DNA of 51,236 nt, the filler included, from Stramenopiles sp. TOSAG23-2 (lineage: Eukaryota), in assembly GCA_900128395.1 (NCBI GenBank). It is 2 parts of 2 records of this genome, joined end to end, with 100 filler letters (N's around TTAATTAATTAA, not from the genome) between each part and the next. Parts side by side here need not be neighbours in the genome. Positions count along the whole stretch, not along the records: positions 25,696 to 51,236 come from LT649453.1; 1 more part is not named here. One strand, 5' to 3'. Of the stretch, positions 44,201 to 51,236 are shown one piece after another. The notes under the pieces are model-generated. The model was not told the DNA's origin. It searched no databases and saw only the letters and a list, made by a program, of their open reading frames with translations. The translations under genes and the position numbers were made by a program. Each line of letters starts with the position of its first letter. The stretch's first letter is position 1.

Positions 44201-45136
44201 AACAATACACATATAACTATTTTGACAAATGCTGTACCTAATCATCCATACCATGTTGATCGTACCAAACCAAATCCAAATAACGTTTGCGAGGATAAAC
44301 GGCGTTTAACAATCCCAAGAAATCCACAAGTAAATGATCAATATACGAAACCAATAGAAACGGAACTTGGTCCAATTGGGATTTTAAAAACCGGTGCATT
44401 TTTATACAATCATTTAGCACATGGAAATGGCACAATTGCAAATCATGCCGATACAGAGAAAGAATCGTTTGATAGTTGCCATGGACATGCAGATCCTAAT
44501 TGCCATTACCATTATCACGAAATATCAAAATCACATGCGTGTGCATATGATTGTGTTTGGGATGAATGTGAACACATCGGTTACATGAGGGATGGGTTTA
44601 AAATCTATTCACATTGTCGTAAAGGTGCTGGCTTTTTAAAAAGTTGTTATCGATTAATTGATGGTGAAAAAGGTACAGATATGGCACATTATGAATATAG
44701 ACCAAATGTTGATTGTGATTTAGATGAGGCTAATGGTTTTGATTTTACAAATAGAGGTTATACTGATCATTTAAATAACGTCATAACTGGTTATGCATAT
44801 ATTGCATCTGAAACGTTTCCATATGTGATGCCAAAATATGCTGGTACGCCAATGCCAATGGACAAATATGATGGTGCAATAGATAAAAATTATAATTATA
44901 AATGTCCAGTTGGAAGTGGCACTGCTATTCCTTTGGCTTCACCAAGTAGTAGTGGTTCCAGTAGCAGCAGTAGTTCCAGTAGCAGTAGTAGTAGTGGCAG
45001 CAGCAGTAGTAGTAGTAGTTCTAGCAGCACAAGTAATACAGCATCGACATCATCACAAACAACAACAGATGATGCACCAACTGTTCAATATATCCAACCA
45101 AATCAAAACCAAGGATATTCATATGGTTATCGTTAA
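41222..45136 (+). CDS. Secreted YHYH-domain protein (two YHYH domains) with cupredoxin-like repeats and a Ser-rich tail
   Basis: LGYAIDGFPIYGP...LDACNG...YAYH and DSCHGH...HYHYH...GYMRDGFKIY...LDEANG; two HPIAILN...YYCxxHGYMGG repeats; hydrophobic N-terminal segment (alternative start 41324). Confidence 0.88.
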   Translation: MMENNRDNNNNNKYSFASSLSFSYRRRIIYNHINMFVVIVLYFFTSNVIQSTNALQCPPPSWLPSSEAGCPCKCNGILPGACVLPCASSFSLCLPSWKSSVCRKQVTVTVSNLPQTSTYEGGMRYIFGHTPYQPLETYQDEQRKYQNYDTYTGGVVQFDLQRKTEVETYPGGVVEFDQYDHTNAWHPLQIIDEDGTVIQTSTGTSQRPATLVFEATQSQAGKTFYFKDALHGPSLASGLSLKVIAPSVENLLSIPTDVTTRVHQISTGVPLVANKTQITSMLGEETNTTICIPGIIPNRTENNYCMSSAVVVTTVIEEKETIFQSTACGLDGQFQQHKLAIPHNPDRHATAGLVKDGSPIGMLVDGAFLFSSTSNNNNNLIYQQQIRTNTNNCSINIDQHGRQFYNEIPLCLLKRLGGTVPPENTWSRSVNITANEIHEWVRVWPSKGDPSPLLGYAIDGFPIYGPYTEDGELLSWGGSFPSTDHPWYDVKSKLDACNGRTRKDGTYAYHLTPSPPYTIGCLREKPHGTSTSINLDIPCTNIITPKTNVNINGSAIISNNNTGTNNNNTTPDTKQPEVFVQPPHKIPSKEALEVAIESAPTDIKPLLDNKENVSSTFCSNTIHADSLCLCYKVDTNRYCAGFCSTSYSGYIGTQSDGYDGTVEVTGWTCFFSRKAYVAPTKLEYSCLDQKSEVNIIQSDDSNKYFTFNNLKTYSSTMKYTIGLGITTFTNIPMQHPIAILNAGVENQISYIGNDGSSSVQTVNGHEYKFYYGDVNITVNGNFNEISYYCANHGYMGGENNLKYSDACMKYECLNEASSVSIQNQNGNKFAFNNHVDFLSSRRYRVGLGTITLVNVPAYHPIAILNEGKTNLIQYSGIDFGAQKIVKEHLYKFYYGNVTITINGDFGVVDYYCYQHGYMGGEQGLEFSSGCPTYGNVNNNSNNNKNAQSSSGTTTAAVEQPKEQAPGGNNKLSPSSSCSGICGDFLESKYQEFSNNTHITILTNAVPNHPYHVDRTKPNPNNVCEDKRRLTIPRNPQVNDQYTKPIETELGPIGILKTGAFLYNHLAHGNGTIANHADTEKESFDSCHGHADPNCHYHYHEISKSHACAYDCVWDECEHIGYMRDGFKIYSHCRKGAGFLKSCYRLIDGEKGTDMAHYEYRPNVDCDLDEANGFDFTNRGYTDHLNNVITGYAYIASETFPYVMPKYAGTPMPMDKYDGAIDKNYNYKCPVGSGTAIPLASPSSSGSSSSSSSSSSSSSGSSSSSSSSSSTSNTASTSSQTTTDDAPTVQYIQPNQNQGYSYGYR

Positions 45137-45271
45137 TTACATATAATATTATTATATTATATAGAGATGAAGTTCTTTTAAAAATTACTCGTCGTATGTC
45201 GTATAATTTTTCTTTTTTAATATATGCATTTAAATGCTTCCGACCTTCTTCGTGTGTCCTCTATAATATAT

Positions 45272-45883
45272 TTACTTTTTACTCCCACCGACATTCCCTT
45301 CATTTTTCATTCTATTTATTTTTGCTTTCCTCTTAAAATCTCTCACGAAGTCTTCAAAACTTAAAACGGAAAATAATATCTGCATGATTTCAGAACTATC
45401 CTCTTTTTTACTATTTAATGATGACGATGTAATTTTATCCACATTATTACTTTCATCATCTCGAAATTTTAATAACAGTTTATAAAACGTTTTCGGTGTC
45501 ATTGAAAACTCATTCTCTAAGATATTACAAATTTCACTTTCAATTATTTGTTGAAATTCTTTATGTATATTAGACATTTCAAATGTATATTCTTCATCCT
45601 CGTCAATATCAAAGATGGGTATATATGCATCTTCAAATTTTTCTATCTCTTCCCTAAAATTCCTTCCGTCTTGTGTTTGTTTTACATTCCATAAATTGTT
45701 TACATTACCGTTTTCCGCATCTTCATCACTATCTTCATCATCAAACTTGGGCATATCTAAACGATATTCTTCAAACAATGCATCTTGCAACCGTTCTAAT
45801 ATTAGACTTAATGTTGGTGTTTCCCCTTCGTCTTTTGCCACACCACCATCATGATCATCATCATTTGTTTTCTTTGACGCCAT
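45272..45883 (-). CDS. BART-domain protein (ARL2BP/CFAP36 family)
   Basis: FEDAYIPIF...EEYTFEMSNIHKEFQQIIESEI...SFEDF pattern; first ATG at 45883. Confidence 0.75.
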   Translation of the reverse strand: MASKKTNDDDHDGGVAKDEGETPTLSLILERLQDALFEEYRLDMPKFDDEDSDEDAENGNVNNLWNVKQTQDGRNFREEIEKFEDAYIPIFDIDEDEEYTFEMSNIHKEFQQIIESEICNILENEFSMTPKTFYKLLLKFRDDESNNVDKITSSSLNSKKEDSSEIMQILFSVLSFEDFVRDFKRKAKINRMKNEGNVGGSKK

Positions 45884-46222
45884 CTTGTTTATGACACCCA
45901 CTGTGCTATGTATATATAATATATGGATATATGCAACATATGATTACTATGATGGTCTCAACAATATCTATTTCATGCTGCCTATAGTTTACATTACCTG
46001 GGCCTTCATTTGTTGAATTTTATCGATTTGTTGTTGTTTGTTTGGCAATTGAAATAGAAATACAATATTATACTCGGGGGAAATAAAAAATTCAAAATTA
46101 TATATATACGATATACAATATATCAGTGAGAAGAAAACATTGGTACATTGCATTGATAATATATAGATATACATATATACATCATAGGTCAAAAAAAAAA
46201 AAAGAAGAAATATACAATTAAA

Positions 46223-49200
46223 ATGGAAGAAGAATCATTATTTGATGAAAATATTGATATTGAATTACTATTAAAAGCAACAGAAAATGCTGAAAAACAA
46301 CAACAAGCAAATAAAAACACAATGAAGAAAGTTATTGCCGTCTCTCCTAAAACAGATAAGAAACCAGCATCTATCGTATCCACAACAGCGACAACCACCA
46401 CCATCACTAATACAATGTCCAATAAATTAAACAACAAAATCAACGATAGTGACTTTTTAAATAAAATTACTGTAAAACATGCTGAAAAACCTCCAGTCAC
46501 ATTTCCATTTCCATATCCACAACCATATGGGATTCAAACCCAATTAATGACACAGTTATGGAAAACAATTGAAAATGCTCGGCTTGGAATATTTGAAAGT
46601 CCAACTGGGACAGGAAAATCATTAAGTATTATATGTGGATCTGTACATTGGCTGGTAGAACGTGGAGAATTCTATACGCAAGAAGCAATAAAACGTAAAG
46701 TAGAAAATAGATTGAAAGATACAAATGTTAATAATAACCATGGCCAACAACCGCATAATAATACTAATAGTAATAGTAATAATAATAACAACAACAATAA
46801 GATAATGATCACTGGCAAACCGAAAATAAATATAGAAATAGATTCTTCAAGTAATATATCGTCGACCTCTTCATCCTCCTCATCGTCGTCTAGAATTATA
46901 TCAAATCGAACAATGTCTTCCGTGGCATCATCTTTATCATCAACATCATCAACATTTTTACCATTTGGACGATTTCAAAATGTTGTTTTTCAAAATGTAA
47001 ATAACAATAGTAAACCTGATTGGGTAAAACAACATGAAAAGAAACAAGTTGAACGTGAAATTGATGAGCTAAATGAAAAAAGAGAGAAGGAGCGTGAGAA
47101 GTTAAATAATCAAATACAATCATTAAAACGTAAGGCTATATCAATAAGTTATAAAAAAGGTATTATTAATGGGGTAATTATGGATGAGGATGGAAGTAAT
47201 AATAATAATAATAATATTCAAAATAAATTGAAGAAAAAGAAGAAGAAATATGAAAAACATTGGGATGATAGTAGTAGTAGTGGTGAAGATGATGACAATT
47301 ACGATGCGATTTATCATAATGGTAACAATAATAATAATAATAAAACGAAAAAATCAAAATCATGGTTAAAAGATTATATATTAGATCCATATTATAGCGC
47401 AGATGAAAATGATGAAAATAAATTGTTATTATCAGATGATAGTGATGATGAACATGGAATGACATTTAATGCATACAATAAGAATGATCAAAAGAACACA
47501 GCTGAACAAGTTGAAAATATAAAAATTTTATATTGCAGTCGTACACATTCACAAATCACACAATTCATCAATGAGTTGAAACGAACGAAATTTGCTGATA
47601 AAGTTAAAATTGTATCATTAGGTTCTAGAAAGACACTATGTATTAATGAAACTTTGAAAAACAAATCTGGAATGTCTACTATGAAATTAAATGATATGTG
47701 CTTAGATTTACAAAAGTCAAAAAGTAAGAAAAAATGTTGTATGTATTATGATAAAACAAAACGTGCTACATTTTCTGCAATGGCGTTGACGGAAATACAC
47801 GATGTAGAAGATTTAGTTAGTGTCGGGCGAAGAATACGTTCATGTCCATATTACGGTTCAAGAAATTCAATTAAAAATGCAGATATTATTACCATGCCGT
47901 ATTCCATGCTATTGCATGAAAAAACACGTGATTCATTAGGTGTCAATGTAAAAGGAAATGTTATCATTTTTGATGAGGCACATAATATCATCGACACTAT
48001 TAATCAATTGCATTCAGCTATATTGACACAAAAACAAATTGATGTTGCATTGTTTCAAATAAAAGAATATAAAAATCGATATGAAAAAAAGTTAAGTTCT
48101 AAAAATTTGTTTTACGTCAATCAAATTATTACGATTTTAAATGCATTTCTAAGATTTGCATCGAATTGGCCAAGAGGAAAAGATATTATCTCAAAAGTAA
48201 CAGATTTTATGTGTAATGTATCGATTGATGATATGAATGTCATGAAAATCAATCGTTATATAGAGGAAAGTAAAATATGTAACAAAATTATGGGTTATAG
48301 GAGCAAGTTGCAGGAAATAGAACAAGAAGAAGCAAAGGAAATGGAAAAGAACAACAGTAGTAACAACAGCAAGTATACAGGTAGCTCAACGACAACTACT
48401 ACCACTACAACAACTCCTGCTGTAAAAAAACAAACAAATAGCAATACATCCAAACATATTTCACCATTAAGTTATATTCAAACATTTTTATTATCAACAT
48501 CAAATGCTGATACCGATGGGCGTATACGTGTATATTATAACAATGATTTAGAGACAGTAGTATTTAAATATATTATGTTAAATCCAGCATTGCATTTTCA
48601 AAACATTATTAAAGATGCGCGTAGTGTTGTATTAGCCGGTGGTACCATGCAACCTATAAAAAGTGTTATTCGTGATTTAATGTCAGTTGATGAGAAACGT
48701 GTCGATATATTTTCATGTGGTCATGTTGTATCACCAGATAATGTCTTTGCTATTACGTTTCAAAAAACACCATCCAATCGTTTATTTAATTTTAATTATA
48801 CTGAACGAAACAAACAAACAACGATTGATGAACTTGGTAATTCGATATTAACATTAACAAATATAGTACCAAAAGGCATGGTAGTTTTTTTGCCATCATA
48901 TGGCTACTTGGATATTTTATTGGCACGTTGGAAACATACCAAACTACTAAATCGCATACAGCAACATAAAGATATATATTTTGAACCGAAATTAGCAAAA
49001 GACGTAGATGAAACATTGAATAAATATAAACATTCTATTGAAGTAAATAAAGGTGCAATTATATTTTGTGTGGTAAATGCAAAATTAAGTGAAGGTATTA
49101 ATTTTGGGGATGACATGGCTCGTGCAGTAGTCATGGTTGGATTGCCATTTCCACATGCCGGTGATGCTGAATTGAAAGAGAAAATGAATTTCTTAGATAG

Positions 49201-49474
49201 GAAATATGGCTTTGCATCTAATACTGGACGGCAATATTATGAAGATTTATGTATGAAAGCAGTAAATCAATCTATTGGCCGTGCCGTTCGACATCAAAAC
49301 GATCATGCAGCAATAATATTATTAGACCATCGATATTCTAGAAAATCAATACAAAATAAATTACCAAAATGGATTATGGGTGATATGAGATGCAATGCCA
49401 ATCATAACTTTAATAATTATTTAAATATGCTTCGTAATTTTTACAATAAAATGGGAAGGAAAAAATTGATGTGA
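46223..49474 (+). CDS. DDX11: DDX11/Chl1 Fe-S DNA helicase (XPD family)
   Basis: FPFPYPQPYGIQ, ESPTGTGKSLS, YCSRTHSQ, SLGSRKTLC, CPYYGSR, DEAHN, GGTMQP, SEGINF, NQSIGRAVRH; long insertion after motif I containing an LDPYYS segment. Confidence 0.95.
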   Translation: MEEESLFDENIDIELLLKATENAEKQQQANKNTMKKVIAVSPKTDKKPASIVSTTATTTTITNTMSNKLNNKINDSDFLNKITVKHAEKPPVTFPFPYPQPYGIQTQLMTQLWKTIENARLGIFESPTGTGKSLSIICGSVHWLVERGEFYTQEAIKRKVENRLKDTNVNNNHGQQPHNNTNSNSNNNNNNNKIMITGKPKINIEIDSSSNISSTSSSSSSSSRIISNRTMSSVASSLSSTSSTFLPFGRFQNVVFQNVNNNSKPDWVKQHEKKQVEREIDELNEKREKEREKLNNQIQSLKRKAISISYKKGIINGVIMDEDGSNNNNNNIQNKLKKKKKKYEKHWDDSSSSGEDDDNYDAIYHNGNNNNNNKTKKSKSWLKDYILDPYYSADENDENKLLLSDDSDDEHGMTFNAYNKNDQKNTAEQVENIKILYCSRTHSQITQFINELKRTKFADKVKIVSLGSRKTLCINETLKNKSGMSTMKLNDMCLDLQKSKSKKKCCMYYDKTKRATFSAMALTEIHDVEDLVSVGRRIRSCPYYGSRNSIKNADIITMPYSMLLHEKTRDSLGVNVKGNVIIFDEAHNIIDTINQLHSAILTQKQIDVALFQIKEYKNRYEKKLSSKNLFYVNQIITILNAFLRFASNWPRGKDIISKVTDFMCNVSIDDMNVMKINRYIEESKICNKIMGYRSKLQEIEQEEAKEMEKNNSSNNSKYTGSSTTTTTTTTTPAVKKQTNSNTSKHISPLSYIQTFLLSTSNADTDGRIRVYYNNDLETVVFKYIMLNPALHFQNIIKDARSVVLAGGTMQPIKSVIRDLMSVDEKRVDIFSCGHVVSPDNVFAITFQKTPSNRLFNFNYTERNKQTTIDELGNSILTLTNIVPKGMVVFLPSYGYLDILLARWKHTKLLNRIQQHKDIYFEPKLAKDVDETLNKYKHSIEVNKGAIIFCVVNAKLSEGINFGDDMARAVVMVGLPFPHAGDAELKEKMNFLDRKYGFASNTGRQYYEDLCMKAVNQSIGRAVRHQNDHAAIILLDHRYSRKSIQNKLPKWIMGDMRCNANHNFNNYLNMLRNFYNKMGRKKLM

Positions 49475-49919
49475 GTTTTGATATTTTAAATTAAATAAAT
49501 ATATATACGAGAGTAGCGTAATACTGAATCGGGTGTGTAATTATAGAGAAGGTCACATCTTGTGATGCACGCTTTTTAAAATTTAGAAATATTAGAAAAA
49601 ATACTCTGTTCGTATTTCGTACGTATATTTTTTTTCACACGTGTAATTTTAATTTTATTTTACAATATACAAACTCACTCTACTCTCTCCTGATATGTGT
49701 TGTGTTATGCTTACCGAGCAGGTGTTTGTTTTGTCCCTCCCGTCCTCTCTCTCTCTCTCCTCCCTCTCTCTATGTACGTTCGGTATGTGTAATTAATATA
49801 TCTCGGGATGATTTATATATATATAACACGCTGTTCTATTCTCCTCATAAACATAATGCGATATCATACGTGTCGTATTATATTATATTACACAAATGAA
49901 GTATTGACATCAACAAAAT

Positions 49920-50510
49920 TTAACCACGTTGATACAATTCAACCCATGGCTCTTTTGTATAAAATTTAGGATCACCTAAACGTATTATTGTACGTAAATT
50001 TGTTACATAATATACGCAAGCTAATATTTTGTGAATAACTGTAAAAATAAAATAACCATTTGTCCATAATGATAAATAGCTACCACCACTTTGCACTAAA
50101 CTCATGCGCTCTAAACCTAAAATTGCTGTCCATACTATATATGTAAAGGAAACAGCTAATACTAATTTGAATTGTTCGCTTAATAAACTGATCAAACCGA
50201 CGCGAAATAAATATGTCGCGCATAAAAGCAAGAAGAAAACGACAAATAATAAAATCTGTCCAACTACTTGTGCACCAAATAATATCATCGTAGCCGTTGT
50301 TTGCCTTGAACCATCTTCTGCCTCGTCATGATCTACTGCACTATTAAATGTTACATCGACGACTATGAATATACCTACGAATATTATTTTAATCATATAC
50401 CATAATCGTATTGCTGTGTAATCCACAGTTGTTTTCGTGATCCATTCATTATGAAGTGTATCAATCTCTGAATATTCTAAACGTTGTTGTAATGATTTTG
50501 GCAATACCAT
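49920..50510 (-). CDS. TMEM138: TMEM138-like ciliary membrane protein
   Basis: Four to five TM segments; TYLFRVGLI..L..QF and C-terminal YYV...RLGDPKFY motif. Confidence 0.8.
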   Translation of the reverse strand: MVLPKSLQQRLEYSEIDTLHNEWITKTTVDYTAIRLWYMIKIIFVGIFIVVDVTFNSAVDHDEAEDGSRQTTATMILFGAQVVGQILLFVVFFLLLCATYLFRVGLISLLSEQFKLVLAVSFTYIVWTAILGLERMSLVQSGGSYLSLWTNGYFIFTVIHKILACVYYVTNLRTIIRLGDPKFYTKEPWVELYQRG

Positions 50511-50963
50511 ATTGTCCTAAATTATGTATATATATATATATCCTCCCACTATATTTTTAAATCAAAAAAAATGGATACTTTTCTTTCCGTGTTGTTTATT
50601 TTTATAGTATATATATAGATATATACTCTAGACAGATAGACAGATATACACTGTTTTTACTTCTTGTTTCTTGATTTTTACAAACTGTTTCTCTTCACTA
50701 ACGTAGATATATACATATATTTCAGTATTTTTTATTGTTTTTTGAATGATAAAATTATAACGGCGATGTGTTTGCTCGATCGAGAGGGTTAAGGAGCAGC
50801 ACACAGCATGAGGATATCAGCAGCAGCAAGAATAAAAAAATAATTAAAAAAATTATCATGATGCTCTCGTGCTCTCGTTTGATGTGTATTATATACCACC
50901 AAAATCCTTAATATTTACAGGCTACTATTTTAGTAGTAGCAATAGCTCCACGCTCCTATGATG

Positions 50964-51166
50964 TTCAAAAACCTGTTGCACACTTCACACAGTATTCACC
51001 TGCTATATATATGGCATTTGGTATTATATTTATTTGCCCGGTGATCCACTTCGTACTTATTATATACTAAATACTGTAATATTATCGATCAAATATATAC
51101 CATGGTATGTCTATCTTGCATGCTGTAATATAATAGCAGGTGAATACTATTCATCAGGTTTTTGAA
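50964..51166. mobile_element. Second MITE-like fold-back with nested inverted repeats
   Basis: ttcaaaaacctg/caggtttttgaa (12 bp), agtattcacctgctat/atagcaggtgaatact (16 bp) and a weaker inner pair. Confidence 0.7.
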
Positions 51167-51181
51167 ACAACATGGGATAAT

Positions 51182-51236
51182 TCCTTGTAAATAAGACGGA
51201 TGAAACTCTCCTAAAAACAGGCGTGGTCTAATTAGT
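51182..51236. repeat. Inverted second copy of the 12057-12111 repeat, at the window end
   Basis: 54/55 identity to the reverse complement of 12057-12111. Confidence 0.9.

Noticed and set aside
44940-45030. Poly-Ser, poly-Asn and (TA)n/(CA)n tracts here and across the window
   Set aside because: Ordinary slippage-derived low-complexity sequence in an AT-rich genome
1-51236. Non-standard genetic code, or viral/prokaryotic origin of the window
   Set aside because: Conserved genes translate full length in the standard code and TAA, TAG and TGA all end genes; a spliceosomal intron and core eukaryotic trafficking and ciliary genes are present; no viral hallmark, rRNA or tRNA genes were recognised

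Overview
AT-rich, gene-dense, almost intron-free nuclear DNA from a flagellated unicellular eukaryote. The genes are dynamin, gamma-SNAP, a DHHC acyltransferase, an ERD2-like receptor, DDX11, TMEM138 and a BART-domain protein; a stramenopile-like protist is a guess only. A 100-nt artificial spacer (44 N + TTAATTAATTAA + 44 N, 25596-25695) joins two apparently unrelated ~25.5-kb contigs, so linkage across it is not meaningful. About 20 protein-coding genes are supported. Highlights: (1) a minus-strand ORF missed by the ORF track (<1..1678) encoding a secreted-type precursor with an acidic repeat, a Cys-rich domain, a perfect (Arg-Pro)48 tract kept by synonymous codon variation, and identical 26-aa cationic repeats; (2) a ~2,860-aa protein with Tudor/SPRY/ankyrin modules, four tandem CbxX/SpoVK-type AAA+ modules and a C-terminal Cys/His motif like fungal ZNFX1-like proteins, split by a 95-bp tandem duplication; (3) two candidate 7TM ion-channel (GRL/DUF3537-like and PHTF-like) genes; (4) a secreted double-YHYH protein with cupredoxin-like His/Cys/His/Met repeats; (5) several MITE/Helitron-like palindromes and dispersed repeats in intergenic DNA. 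Domain calls come from motif recognition by eye, not database searches.
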